The notes beneath the pieces were generated by a model. It saw only the letters and a list, made by a program, of their open reading frames with translations. It ran no database searches and was not told where the DNA came from. Below, piece after piece: positions 28,209 to 38,738 of a stretch of 64,000 nucleotides of DNA; position 1 is the stretch's first letter, and every line of letters starts with the position of its first letter. The stretch covers positions 30,727 through 94,726 of the forward strand of contig CANJWH010000004.1 in assembly GCA_947478465.1 (NCBI GenBank). The letters are read 5' to 3'. Both the position numbers and the translations under genes were made by a program. The DNA comes from Bacteroidota bacterium. Its GTDB lineage: Bacteria > Bacteroidota > Bacteroidia > SXHM01.

Positions 28209-29516
28209 TTAATCTATTCTCACAATGTTTGCCCCGATTTTATTCAACCTTTCGTCAATATGCTGGTATCCGCGGTCAATCTGTTCAATATTGTGAATGG
28301 TGCTTTTGCCTTTTGCAGAAAGTGCTGCAATCAGCAGCGCATTCCCCGCACGAATATCAGGCGAAGTCATTTCAATACCTTTCAATGAATGTTTTTTGTC
28401 CATGCCTATAACAGTTGCACGGTGCGGGTCACAAAGAATAATCTGTGCCCCCATGTCTATTAATTTGTCTACAAAGAATAAACGGCTTTCAAACATTTTC
28501 TGGTGAATGAGAACACTGCCTTTTGCCTGAGTTGCCACCACAAGAACTATACTGATTAAGTCGGGTGTAAAACCTGGCCATATAGCATCAGCAACTGTAA
28601 GAATGGAGCCGTCAATAAAGGTATCAATCTCATAGTGTTCCTGAGCAGGAATGTAAATATCATCGCCTCTTCGCTCCATTTTTATTCCTAAACGTTTGAA
28701 GGTATCAGGAATAATTCCGAGGTGTTCATAGCCAACATCTTTAATTGTTATTTCGCTTTGCGTCATGGCTGCAAGGCCAATGAAACTGCCTATCTCCACC
28801 ATGTCGGGAAGCAAACGGTGTTTGCACCCGGTCATTGAATCCACGCCCTCTACAGTAAGCATATTTGAACCAATACCGGAAATTTTAGCGCCCATACTGT
28901 TCAGCATTTTGCAAAGTTGTTGAACATAAGGCTCGCAAGCAGCATTGTAAATAGTAGTAATTCCTTTTGCCATTACAGCAGCCATTACAATGTTTGCTGT
29001 TCCTGTTACCGAAGCTTCATCCAATAGCATGTAGCAGCCTTTCAGTTTATCTGATTCGACTTTGTAGAACTTTGTAACCGAATCATAAATAAATTTCGCG
29101 CCCAGATTTTGGAAACCTATAAAGTGTGTATCCAATCTTCTCCGCCCGATTTTATCTCCACCCGGACTTGGAATATATCCTTTGCCAAAACGTGCCAGGA
29201 GAGGACCAACAATCATAATTGAGCCTCTCAAACCTGAAGCTAGTTTTTTGAAATTGTCAGAGTTCAGAAATTCTAAATCAACAGAATCTGCCTGAAATGT
29301 AAATTCTTCGTGTCCGGTTTTCTCCACTTTTACGCCAAGTGCAGCCAATAATTCAATCAGTTTGTTTACATCTCGGATGTCTGGAATATTGCTAATCGTA
29401 ACTTTTTCGGGAGTAAGTAACACTGCACATATCACCTGCAATGCTTCATTCTTTGCTCCTTGCGGAATTAATTCGCCTTTGAGGCGCAGACCACCGGTTA
29501 TTTCAAATTTGCTCAC
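28209..29516 (-). CDS. murA: UDP-N-acetylglucosamine 1-carboxyvinyltransferase
   Basis: GAKN, PGGDKIGRR, SVTGTAN, WPGFTPD, DIRAG, IDRGY. Confidence 0.96.
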   Translation of the reverse strand: MSKFEITGGLRLKGELIPQGAKNEALQVICAVLLTPEKVTISNIPDIRDVNKLIELLAALGVKVEKTGHEEFTFQADSVDLEFLNSDNFKKLASGLRGSIMIVGPLLARFGKGYIPSPGGDKIGRRRLDTHFIGFQNLGAKFIYDSVTKFYKVESDKLKGCYMLLDEASVTGTANIVMAAVMAKGITTIYNAACEPYVQQLCKMLNSMGAKISGIGSNMLTVEGVDSMTGCKHRLLPDMVEIGSFIGLAAMTQSEITIKDVGYEHLGIIPDTFKRLGIKMERRGDDIYIPAQEHYEIDTFIDGSILTVADAIWPGFTPDLISIVLVVATQAKGSVLIHQKMFESRLFFVDKLIDMGAQIILCDPHRATVIGMDKKHSLKGIEMTSPDIRAGNALLIAALSAKGKSTIHNIEQIDRGYQHIDERLNKIGANIVRID

Positions 29517-29566
29517 GTTTTTTGTATTAATGTTTATGGCGTGAAATAAAAGAAAAAAATAATTGG

Positions 29567-30670
29567 TTATTCACCTATTTCAATAAAACAACTCACAGCG
29601 TGATGGTCGGAAAGTTTTTCAGGTAAAACTCTGAAGCCAGAAGAGTTAATTGCCGGACTATGTAAAATATAATCAATGCGGAAAGAAGGCGCTTTTCCGA
29701 TGTAGGTATTCCCGAAACCATTTCCACTTTCTATAAACGCATCATTTAAACCATCTGATAAATTGTGGTAGGTGTAAGATGCAGGTGTGTCATTAAAATC
29801 TCCGCAAACCAAAACCTCATAAGGGCAATCCTTTATGTGTTCTGAAATGATATCAACCTGTTTTGCACGTTTTTCAAATGCTTCTTTCAATCGCCATATG
29901 ATTCTTTTGCCTGAAATCAACGAAAGATTATTTTCATTTTTATAATTTTCTATTTGCTCCATCGTTTGATAATCTTCTGGTTTAAATTTAACAGATTGCA
30001 GATGGGCATTATAAACTCGAATGGTATCTTCATTAATTTTCAGGTCAACATAAATGCAAAGGTTGCCATGGCTTTTTTCAAATTCTATAACACCTTTGTC
30101 AACAATAGGGAAGGAAGTAAATAATGAAATTCCCCACCATGCAGTATCATTCATGCTTACATAATCATGAAAATAGTAACGTTTTATGCCTTCTATTTCT
30201 TTTACAGAATTAATGGTTGGAAAATAACCTGTGTTATCATGAAAGAATTCCTGAATGCATAATATTTGCGGTTTTTCTTCTTTAAGCAGTGTCATTATTT
30301 TATCACGCGTTCCTTTATTCCCGCTCCAATTATAAAGGTCAAAAAGTCTTACATTATAACTTAAAACCTTGATTGCATTTCCACCTCTTATTTTTTCTTT
30401 ATTTCCAAAACTATATGAAGCAAGTATAAATTTGAATCCAATAGCAATAGTTATGAGTGAAACCAGAAATTGCAATTTTATCTGCACCGCCCAGTATATT
30501 ACAAACAAAACATTTATGATAAGAATAAACGGATAGGCTAATCCGAAAAATGCTAAATACCAAACTTTTTCTGGGCTTATAAATGAAGCAAGGTAGGAGA
30601 GAAGCAAGGCGAATTCAGCCAGCAGATTAAAGAAAAATACAATCTTATTAAACAGGGACAGATTTTTCAT
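29567..30670 (-). CDS. Endonuclease/exonuclease/phosphatase family protein
   Basis: N-terminal TM helices; SYNV, CIQE, GDFN, RIDYI, SDH. Confidence 0.92.
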   Translation of the reverse strand: MKNLSLFNKIVFFFNLLAEFALLLSYLASFISPEKVWYLAFFGLAYPFILIINVLFVIYWAVQIKLQFLVSLITIAIGFKFILASYSFGNKEKIRGGNAIKVLSYNVRLFDLYNWSGNKGTRDKIMTLLKEEKPQILCIQEFFHDNTGYFPTINSVKEIEGIKRYYFHDYVSMNDTAWWGISLFTSFPIVDKGVIEFEKSHGNLCIYVDLKINEDTIRVYNAHLQSVKFKPEDYQTMEQIENYKNENNLSLISGKRIIWRLKEAFEKRAKQVDIISEHIKDCPYEVLVCGDFNDTPASYTYHNLSDGLNDAFIESGNGFGNTYIGKAPSFRIDYILHSPAINSSGFRVLPEKLSDHHAVSCFIEIGE

Positions 30671-31579
30671 TTACTTACTTTCATTGCTTGCCTTGAACAG
30701 TATCTCTTTCTCTTTTTTAGTCAGACTTTCGTAACCAGAAGAAGAAATTTTATCCAGAATTTCATCTATTTCTTCCTGCCTTATTTTGCGTTTCAGATTA
30801 TACTCTTCATCACTTATAGAACGCTTATGAACAACTTTTATTTTAGGCTTTCTGCTGAAAAACTTCTTTAACTTGTACAGCAGATTATTAAATCCTGATG
30901 ATAAATCTTTTCCTTGCTTCATCTGCATTACAAAAATATACCCGAATAAAGCTCCGCCCAGATGAGAAATATGTCCTCCTGCATTTGCAAAATAAGTAAC
31001 ACCAATCAAATCCATAACTACCACAAATAATGCAATATATTTCAATCGAACAGGTCCTAAAATAAAAAGGTGCAAAATATAATCGGGAACTAAAGTTGCA
31101 GATGCAAGAACAACGGCCATAACGCCCGCGCTAGCACCCACCATAAAATCTGCAGGAGCATGCTGCTGAAAAGTTGGAATAATATGATAGGTTGCAAGTG
31201 CAAGCACTGCCCCAATTAATCCGCCATAAATATAAACCGCTAAAACCCTTTTGCTGCTTGCGTATTCCTGAAATATTTTTCCGAAAACAAAAAGCATTAA
31301 CATGTTTCCGAAAATATGCCACAGGCTATAATGCACAAACATATAAGTGAGTAAAGTCCATGGTTTATAAAGTAATTCTTTAAAATTCAAAGGAACAGCA
31401 ATCCAACTTACTATGTTGTGAAAAACAGAAGTACTTTGCTCAGGTGGAAAACCTGAAATGGTTAGAATAAACTGAAAAGTTACAAGAATTAAAAAAACAG
31501 AAACGTTTATGACCATTAATTGGCCAATACTGTTTCCGGTTTTGAAAGGTGATTTTATATCATCAGCAAACGAACTCAT
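30671..31579 (-). CDS. Rhomboid intramembrane serine protease with C-terminal soluble domain
   Basis: HIFGNM, GASAG, SHLGG; tail EIDEILDKISSSGYESL. Confidence 0.92.
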   Translation of the reverse strand: MSSFADDIKSPFKTGNSIGQLMVINVSVFLILVTFQFILTISGFPPEQSTSVFHNIVSWIAVPLNFKELLYKPWTLLTYMFVHYSLWHIFGNMLMLFVFGKIFQEYASSKRVLAVYIYGGLIGAVLALATYHIIPTFQQHAPADFMVGASAGVMAVVLASATLVPDYILHLFILGPVRLKYIALFVVVMDLIGVTYFANAGGHISHLGGALFGYIFVMQMKQGKDLSSGFNNLLYKLKKFFSRKPKIKVVHKRSISDEEYNLKRKIRQEEIDEILDKISSSGYESLTKKEKEILFKASNESK

Positions 31580-31584
31580 TTTAA

Positions 31585-32325
31585 CTAGTAAATATGCCTG
31601 TTTTTATTCCAGTAACGGATAAGGAAATAGCCAAAAATCATACCTCCGATATGCGCAAAGTGTGCAACATTATCTCCCGGATTATTTTGTATTCCTGAAT
31701 ACAATTCAAATGCTCCGTAAAGCATTACAAAGTATTTTGCTTTGATTGGTAACGCAAAATAAACATAAATTATTGTGTTCGGAAACATCATTCCAAATGC
31801 AAGCAAAACTCCAAAAACAGCGCCTGAAGCCCCAACAGTTGAAGTGTTAAGCAGCAAATTCAGTTTGGCCATATGGGGATCGGAATAATTTTGAAAACCT
31901 TTCAAAATTCCGGCTCCGTCATTCATCACAATAGCAATGTTATCAGGAGAAATTTCTGATAGCAGGTTGTGTATTTGAAATTCAATGATGCCAAGATGCA
32001 ATGCTGCGGCTCCTAAACCTGTAAGTAAATAATATATCAGAAAGCGTTTCCCGCCCCAGTAATTTTCAAGTGCATTTCCAAACATCCATAATGCAAGCAT
32101 GTTTGAGAAAATATGCATTAGTCCACCGTGCATAAAGAAGTGTGTAACTAATTGATAGGGTTTAAATAGCTGCGACTCGAAAGGATGCAGGCCCAGCATT
32201 TCAACTAAATCGAATTGTGTTAGAGTAATAGTGGCTAAGAAAAACAAGCCATTAATAATGAGTAAATTTTTTACTACAGGCGGTAAAATGCTGAAGCCTG
32301 ATGGACTATATTGCTGATAACTCAT
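31585..32325 (-). CDS. Rhomboid intramembrane serine protease
   Basis: HIFSNM, GASGAVFG, AHFAHIGG. Confidence 0.93.
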   Translation of the reverse strand: MSYQQYSPSGFSILPPVVKNLLIINGLFFLATITLTQFDLVEMLGLHPFESQLFKPYQLVTHFFMHGGLMHIFSNMLALWMFGNALENYWGGKRFLIYYLLTGLGAAALHLGIIEFQIHNLLSEISPDNIAIVMNDGAGILKGFQNYSDPHMAKLNLLLNTSTVGASGAVFGVLLAFGMMFPNTIIYVYFALPIKAKYFVMLYGAFELYSGIQNNPGDNVAHFAHIGGMIFGYFLIRYWNKNRHIY

Positions 32326-34163
32326 TTCTGAAATTTCTTTTCTAAATCGTCAAGTGATAATTTAATGACAACAGGTTTACCGCCCGGTGAGTAATAAGGC
32401 ATTTTGCAGGCAAAAAGTTTGTCAACAAGGTCGCTCATTTCTTCTGTGCTTAGTGTCTTGCCATACTTTATGGCTGATTTTCGTGCCAGTGATTTAGCCA
32501 AAGCATCGTGCCTGTTGCGACTTTCTGAAAACTCGTTTTTGAAGAATTCCAGCATGTCATCCAATAATTGTGGAATATTATCTGAAGGGAAATGAGATGC
32601 TACGCCATCCACTGCAAATGTGTTTTTACCAATCTGTCTTAAACTTATTCCAAGATTGCGAAGATCTTCTTCCATCTCCAATAACAGATTGAAATCAGCT
32701 GGTGAAAAGGCAAGTTCATGAGGAAATAAATGCTGTTGATTGATACTTACACCAACTTCTAATGAAGCCAGAAAGTTTTCATACAAAATTCGTTCATGAG
32801 CACGATGTTGGTCAATTAACATCATGCCCGATTTTATGTGGGAAATAATGTATCGGTTATGAAGTTGATAATGCTGTTTTTTCACCTGTAATTTTTCCTG
32901 TTCATCTTCAGGAATAATTGGTTTTAGTTCTATTTCAGTTTCAACTTTTGGCTGCGCATGTCTGTCAATATCTTCATACAATTTTCGCCAATCATCACGC
33001 TTACTGCGTTCAATAATTTTATCTTTTGTTCTTCCTGAAACGGTAGTCTTTTCAACCTTAAAAGGATTGTAATCTTTATTGAATTTTATTTCGGGTTGGA
33101 TAAGTGCCATGTTCTTTGGTGGTGGCGGAATATCCATGCTTGCCTCCATTTCAAAGTCAATAGTGGGCGCAATGTTGAACTTGCCAAGCGATAGTTTTAC
33201 TGCAGAACGCAGAATGGCATAAACCGACTTCTCGTCTTCAAACTTAATTTCCGTTTTTGTTGGATGTATGTTGATGTCAATAAAATCAGGCTTTACATCA
33301 AAGTACAGGAAGTAAGATGGAAAGCTGTCAGAGTTGAGTAAATCATTAAATGCACTCTGAACTGCATGATGCAGGTAAGGGCTTTTAATAAAACGGTTGT
33401 TAACAAAAAAATATTGTTCGCCTCTTGTTTTCCTTGCGTATTCAGGTTTTCCGATGTAGCCTGTGATTTTTATAATACTGGTTTCTTCTTCCAGCGGAAC
33501 CAGTTTTTCGTTAATTGGGTTGCCGAAAATTTCAACAATTCTTTGTCGTACACTTCCGGGTTTCAGATGAAAAACTTCTTTGCCATCGGTGTGCATACTA
33601 AAGCCTACTTCAGGATGTGCAAGTGTTAATCGCTGAAATTCTTCAATAATGTGTTTAGTTTCAACGCTGTTTGATTTCAGAAAATTTCTGCGTGCCGGAA
33701 CATTGTAAAATAAATTCTTCACAGCTATGCTTGTGCCGGGAGGACAATGAAAAAGTTCCTGACGTTTTACTTCTGAACCTTCTATATCTATTCTTGTTCC
33801 CAACTCCTGATCGTGGAGACGGGTTTTCATTTCAACATGAGCAATCGCTGCAATAGATGCCATTGCTTCACCTCTGAAACCTTTAGTGCGTATGGCAAAT
33901 AAATCATTTGCTTCTCGAATTTTTGAAGTTGCGTGGCGCTCAAAACACATTCGTGCATCGGTATCACTCATTCCACATCCAGTATCAATCACCTGTATCA
34001 GCGTTCTTCCTGCTTCTTTAATAATCAGTTGGATATGTGAGGCTCCGGAATCAACCGAATTTTCAAGTAACTCCTTTACAACCGATGCAGGGCGCTGAAT
34101 CACTTCACCTGCCGCAATCTGGTTGGCAACTGAATCGGGAAGAAGTTGAATAATATCAGCCAT
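32322..34163 (-). CDS. mutL: DNA mismatch repair endonuclease MutL
   Basis: NQIAAGEVIQRP, GFRGEA, DINIHPTKTE, DQHRAHERILYE. Confidence 0.97.
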   Translation of the reverse strand: MADIIQLLPDSVANQIAAGEVIQRPASVVKELLENSVDSGASHIQLIIKEAGRTLIQVIDTGCGMSDTDARMCFERHATSKIREANDLFAIRTKGFRGEAMASIAAIAHVEMKTRLHDQELGTRIDIEGSEVKRQELFHCPPGTSIAVKNLFYNVPARRNFLKSNSVETKHIIEEFQRLTLAHPEVGFSMHTDGKEVFHLKPGSVRQRIVEIFGNPINEKLVPLEEETSIIKITGYIGKPEYARKTRGEQYFFVNNRFIKSPYLHHAVQSAFNDLLNSDSFPSYFLYFDVKPDFIDINIHPTKTEIKFEDEKSVYAILRSAVKLSLGKFNIAPTIDFEMEASMDIPPPPKNMALIQPEIKFNKDYNPFKVEKTTVSGRTKDKIIERSKRDDWRKLYEDIDRHAQPKVETEIELKPIIPEDEQEKLQVKKQHYQLHNRYIISHIKSGMMLIDQHRAHERILYENFLASLEVGVSINQQHLFPHELAFSPADFNLLLEMEEDLRNLGISLRQIGKNTFAVDGVASHFPSDNIPQLLDDMLEFFKNEFSESRNRHDALAKSLARKSAIKYGKTLSTEEMSDLVDKLFACKMPYYSPGGKPVVIKLSLDDLEKKFQK

Positions 34164-34193
34164 GTTTTTCTTTCGAGGCGCGAATTTACCGAA

Positions 34194-35114
34194 TTATTTC
34201 AGCAAAAAGTCTTTAGCATCTTTTGCTGTTTCTTCAGGCAGTTCTTCCATTGGTACATGACCTGCGGAATAGTATTTTACTTCTGACCCAACAATATCTT
34301 TTTTAAATTTTTCAGCATCTTCTGGTAAAATCCAGTTGTCGAATTGTCCCCATTGAATAAGCGTTGGCGTTTTTATTTTATTTACTTTTTCTTCAGCTTC
34401 ATATTTTATTACTCTAACGCGGTCTGCAAAAGCCTGACGATTGCCCGGGCGCAGAAGCATTTCAAAATAATGTGTCACAACAGAATCGGTTACTTTACTG
34501 TCATCATAATAAATGTCGTGCATTGATTTTTCAATAATTCGTTTGGGTGTAACTTTAGTCATAACCTTATTAAGTACACTGTTTTTTGCAATGATAAAAG
34601 CAAGTGGAGTTGGACCTGTTCTTTTGTATCCTGCTGCATCAATTAGAATCATTTTCTTTACTCTCTCAGGATGGCTATATGCATAGTTCCAGGTTATTTC
34701 ACCACCCAATGAATTTCCTGCAAGGTAGAATGTATCAACACTTAAAGTAGTTGTAAAATCATCAATAAATTTCACATAATTTTCAATTGTATAATTGCGA
34801 TCTTTTGTTTCACCTGTAATTCCGAATGCTGGAATATCCATGCATATTACACGAAAATCCTTTTTTAGCTCGTTTGCCCATGCATTCCAAGTGTGCAGAG
34901 ATGAAGATGTTCCATGCACAAGCACCAATGGGTAGCCGCTTCCCTCATCGCGGTAATGAATTTGTTGTCCGTTTATTTCAATAAACTTTGACTGCTCATT
35001 GCAATATTTCTTTTTCAGTGTTTCAAGCGGAATGTCATTTTGCCAATAAAGAGCAGTGTAGCCGCCTATCAGTAAAACAATAAGAAGCAGAATTCTCAGT
35101 AACCATTTTTTCAT
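34194..35114 (-). CDS. Alpha/beta hydrolase
   Basis: N-terminal anchor, VLVHG, GNSLG nucleophile elbow, GHVPMEE. Confidence 0.9.
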   Translation of the reverse strand: MKKWLLRILLLIVLLIGGYTALYWQNDIPLETLKKKYCNEQSKFIEINGQQIHYRDEGSGYPLVLVHGTSSSLHTWNAWANELKKDFRVICMDIPAFGITGETKDRNYTIENYVKFIDDFTTTLSVDTFYLAGNSLGGEITWNYAYSHPERVKKMILIDAAGYKRTGPTPLAFIIAKNSVLNKVMTKVTPKRIIEKSMHDIYYDDSKVTDSVVTHYFEMLLRPGNRQAFADRVRVIKYEAEEKVNKIKTPTLIQWGQFDNWILPEDAEKFKKDIVGSEVKYYSAGHVPMEELPEETAKDAKDFLLK

Positions 35115-35189
35115 AGCGAGTAATTTTTGTTATCTGCCAAAAGTAATGAAATCGGTCAGTGTTTAAATCAATATATCTTTGCCGCGTTT

Positions 35190-36461
35190 ATGAATATACC
35201 AGAAACAAATCTTCCCCGTTTAGTAATTGTTGGCGGAGGCTTTGGTGGCCTTAGTTTAGCAAGCTCATTAAAAGGTTCTCCCATGCAGGTTGTGCTACTC
35301 GACAGAAATAATTATCATACGTTTCAGCCCTTACTTTATCAGGTTGCATCTTCAGGTCTTGAGCCAGATTCCATTGCATTTCCAATTCGCAAAATTTTTC
35401 GAAACCAGAATAATTTTGAATTCAGAATGACAGAAGTTCTGGAAATATTTTCTAAAAAGAATACAGTTCTTACCGGAATTGGCGAATTGAAGTACGATTA
35501 TCTTGTACTGGCTACAGGCTCACAAACCGGTTTTTTCGGATTGAAAAGTGTGGAACAGAACAGCATGGCTATGAAGTCAATTCCTCAGGCGCTTGATTTG
35601 CGTAGTTTGATTTTACAAAATTTTGAAAAGGCAATGCTTTCCACCAATGGAGCAGAAATTGAAAAACTTTTGAATTTTGTTGTAGTTGGAGGTGGACCTA
35701 CAGGAGTTGAACTGGCGGGTTCACTTGCAGAAATGAAAACACATGTGCTTCCTTCTGATTATCCAGGTTTGGATTCAAGTCAAATGCATATCCATTTATT
35801 GGAAGCTGGTCCGCGATTGTTACCGGCACTTTCAGAAATATCTTCATCGCATACATTGGATTTTCTTTCAGATTTAGGAGTTAAAACTTTTTTGAATACA
35901 GCAGTTCAGGATTATGATGGTGAAACAGTAAAAACAAACACCGGTGCTGATTTAATTTCGTCAACAGTTATATGGGCAGCAGGGGTTGAAGGTGCTTCAG
36001 TAAAAGGAATTGAAGGTGAAGCGTTGCTTAGAAATAAAAGATTAACAGTAGATGAATTTAATCGAGTGCAAGGATTTGATAATATTTTTGCAATTGGCGA
36101 TGTTGCAAATATGACCAATGACAAAAGGTTTCCAAAAGGTCATCCTATGGTCGCGCAACCAGCTATTCAGCAGGGAGTATTATTGGCAAAAAATCTGAAA
36201 AATATATTGACAAATAAACCGCTGAAGCCTTTTAAATATAAAGATCTTGGTTCGATGGCAACCATAGGAAGAAATAAAGCAGTTGTAGAACTTCCCTTTA
36301 TGAAAATGAATGGATTTTTTGCATGGCTGGTTTGGATGTTCGTTCACCTTATGGCATTGGTTGGGTGGCGCAATCGTGCAGTAACACTGGTCAACTGGAT
36401 GTGGAGCTATTTTAATTACGATCGAGGTGTCAGGTTGATAATAAGACCGTTTAAGAAATGA
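35190..36461 (+). CDS. ndh: Type II NADH dehydrogenase (NDH-2)
   Basis: GGGFGG, FQPLLYQVA, GGGPTGVELAG, AIGD, AQPAIQQG; -7 element TATCTTTG at 35174-35181. Confidence 0.92.
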   Translation: MNIPETNLPRLVIVGGGFGGLSLASSLKGSPMQVVLLDRNNYHTFQPLLYQVASSGLEPDSIAFPIRKIFRNQNNFEFRMTEVLEIFSKKNTVLTGIGELKYDYLVLATGSQTGFFGLKSVEQNSMAMKSIPQALDLRSLILQNFEKAMLSTNGAEIEKLLNFVVVGGGPTGVELAGSLAEMKTHVLPSDYPGLDSSQMHIHLLEAGPRLLPALSEISSSHTLDFLSDLGVKTFLNTAVQDYDGETVKTNTGADLISSTVIWAAGVEGASVKGIEGEALLRNKRLTVDEFNRVQGFDNIFAIGDVANMTNDKRFPKGHPMVAQPAIQQGVLLAKNLKNILTNKPLKPFKYKDLGSMATIGRNKAVVELPFMKMNGFFAWLVWMFVHLMALVGWRNRAVTLVNWMWSYFNYDRGVRLIIRPFKK

Positions 36462-37720
36462 GTATTTCAGAAAAAGATTTAAATTTTATCTGGCATCCTT
36501 ACACACAAATGAAGGATGCATTGCCAAATATTGTGATTGAAAGAGGTGAAGGTGCTTATCTTTTTGATGAAAATGGAAACAGATACATTGATGCAGTTTC
36601 ATCGTGGTGGGTTAATCTTCACGGACATGCACACCCTTATTTAAGAGATGCAATTAATAAGCAATTTAAAAATATTGAACATGTTATTTTTGCTGGATTT
36701 ACACATGCAGCTGCCGTTAATCTTGGCGAGAAGTTATTAGCTCATTTGCCTAAAAATCAGAGTAAGATTTTTTATTCAGATGATGGCTCAACAGCTGTTG
36801 AAGTTGCGCTCAAAATGGCTTTGCAATATTGGTACAATAGAAGCGAAAAAAGAACCAAATTAGTAGCATTAGAAGGGGCATATCACGGAGATACTTTTGG
36901 CGCCATGAGCGCAAGTGCCCGCAGTGCATTTACTTCGCCTTTTCAATCGTTTTTATTTGAGGTTGATTTTGTGGATTTTCCATCTGCCGAAAGCAAAACA
37001 CTTACTCAGTTAGAAAATCTGTTTGCAAAAGGAGATGTGGCTGCTTTCATTTTTGAGCCACTCTTACAAGGAACGGCAGGCATGAAAATGTATTCACCTG
37101 AATTGCTGGAAAAAATGCTTTCACTCTGTAAAAAATACAATGTAATTTCAATTGCAGATGAAGTTTTCACAGGTTTTTATCGTACCGGAAAATTCTTTGC
37201 ATGTGATTATCAAAACGAACAACCGGATATTTTTTGTTTGTCAAAAGGCCTGACAGGAGGCTCAATGCCATTAGGTGTTACATCCTGTTCTGAAAATATT
37301 TATGAAGCTTTTTTATCTGATAGTTCAGATAAATTGAAAACATTTTTTCACGGACATTCTTATACTGCAAATCCACTTGCCTGTGCAGTTTCCTTTGCAA
37401 GTGCTGAATTGCTGGAAAGAGAAGAAACTCAAAAAGCTATTCTAAGGATTTCTCAAAGGCATATAACTTTTGCAAAAGAAATTAGAAGTAATAAAAGATT
37501 AAAAGATGTTCGTCATTTAGGGACTATTCTTGCTATGGAATTTGAAGGTGAAGATGGTTACTTCAGTAAAATGAGAAACGAGTTGTATCAGTTTTTTATT
37601 TCAAAAGGTATTCTCATTCGTCCGCTTGGAAATGTTATTTATCTTGTGCCACCGTATTGCATTAGTGATGAAGATCTGGATTACATTTATTTTGCAATAA
37701 TTGAGTTTTTAGAGAAATGA
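36458..37720 (+). CDS. bioA: Adenosylmethionine-8-amino-7-oxononanoate transaminase
   Basis: IWHPYTQM, SSWWVNLHGH, YHGDT, DEVFTG, LSKGLTGG, FFHGHSY, RPLGN. Confidence 0.95.
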   Translation: MSISEKDLNFIWHPYTQMKDALPNIVIERGEGAYLFDENGNRYIDAVSSWWVNLHGHAHPYLRDAINKQFKNIEHVIFAGFTHAAAVNLGEKLLAHLPKNQSKIFYSDDGSTAVEVALKMALQYWYNRSEKRTKLVALEGAYHGDTFGAMSASARSAFTSPFQSFLFEVDFVDFPSAESKTLTQLENLFAKGDVAAFIFEPLLQGTAGMKMYSPELLEKMLSLCKKYNVISIADEVFTGFYRTGKFFACDYQNEQPDIFCLSKGLTGGSMPLGVTSCSENIYEAFLSDSSDKLKTFFHGHSYTANPLACAVSFASAELLEREETQKAILRISQRHITFAKEIRSNKRLKDVRHLGTILAMEFEGEDGYFSKMRNELYQFFISKGILIRPLGNVIYLVPPYCISDEDLDYIYFAIIEFLEK

Positions 37721-38160
37721 AATCAATTTTTGAAAAAGAAGTACAGGAAGAAGTATTGCGCAGGGCAAAAACATTGAAGCCTTATTCTGTTCGTCAATGG
37801 GGGAAAATGAGTGTTGAACAAATGCTGTGGCATCTGAGCGCACAATTGCGTATGGGTCTGGGTGATATTCAAGTGAAACCTTGGTTCAATAAGATTGTCA
37901 GCCGCATTGCCGTTTTGACGTTCGGAATAAGAATTCCGTGGTCGAATAATTTAATGACTGCTAAAGAAATGAAGAATGATAACCCTGCTTCATTTCAGGT
38001 TGAGCTAGATAATTTCCTGATTACGTTTGATCGATTTATTGCAAAGTCTGAAAGCCATAAATTTTCACCACATTCTATCTTCGGTGAAATGAGTCGTGAG
38101 GAATGGGGCAAAATTGCTTACAAGCATATTGACCACCATTTCCGCCAGTTCGGGGCTTAA
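37717..38160 (+). CDS. DUF1569/DinB-like protein
   Basis: WGKMSVEQMLWH, HSIFGEMSREEW, HIDHHFRQF. Confidence 0.85.
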   Translation: MKSIFEKEVQEEVLRRAKTLKPYSVRQWGKMSVEQMLWHLSAQLRMGLGDIQVKPWFNKIVSRIAVLTFGIRIPWSNNLMTAKEMKNDNPASFQVELDNFLITFDRFIAKSESHKFSPHSIFGEMSREEWGKIAYKHIDHHFRQFGA

Positions 38161-38738
38161 CCACCGGTTCCTGTTCCTAATCTTTTGCCTATCACATTTT
38201 CAATTCTTTCAAGAAGCTGAAACGGTGAATGAGTTCGCCAATCCATAAAGTTAAACTCACCGCCAAATGTGATATAGTAATCAATATTTGCCTGCGACAT
38301 TTCTTTTAAAACGTGTTCCCTGAAATTGATTCCAACTATCCAGCCTTCTTCCACATCATCAAACCACTCTTCGTAATATGAATCATCTGAAGAATGAAAG
38401 TTCAACACGTTTTCACCAACCAGAATAAATTTACTGATTCCATGTCTGATTAATTCATCCACAATATCACGTTTCAGAATCATGATGTCGTTATTGATGG
38501 CATCGTTCCACTCACCAATCAGTTCAATAATTGCAAAACCTGATTCATAATCAGCAAATATAATTTTGATAAAAAGTGTGGGCGAACCCATAAAATCCCA
38601 TTGCGGGTGGATGTAATAATTGTAAATGGTATGCGTGTATTCAAATTCGCTGTACTCTCTTTCATAAAAAGGAGAGCGAACATCTTCTTCTGAGATATAC
38701 AGCTCGCGCCAATTGTAGAATGGTTCTATGTCCTGCAT
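38157..38738 (-). CDS. Acidic hypothetical protein with a STAS-like C-terminal half
   Basis: Start overlaps the murQ stop (TAATG); AIIELIGEW...DELIRHGISKFILVGENVLNFHSS pattern. Confidence 0.75.
   Translation of the reverse strand: MQDIEPFYNWRELYISEEDVRSPFYEREYSEFEYTHTIYNYYIHPQWDFMGSPTLFIKIIFADYESGFAIIELIGEWNDAINNDIMILKRDIVDELIRHGISKFILVGENVLNFHSSDDSYYEEWFDDVEEGWIVGINFREHVLKEMSQANIDYYITFGGEFNFMDWRTHSPFQLLERIENVIGKRLGTGTGG

Noticed and set aside
29567-34163. mutL-rhomboid-rhomboid-EEP cluster as a novel system
   Set aside because: A common conserved Bacteroidota gene order made of known families
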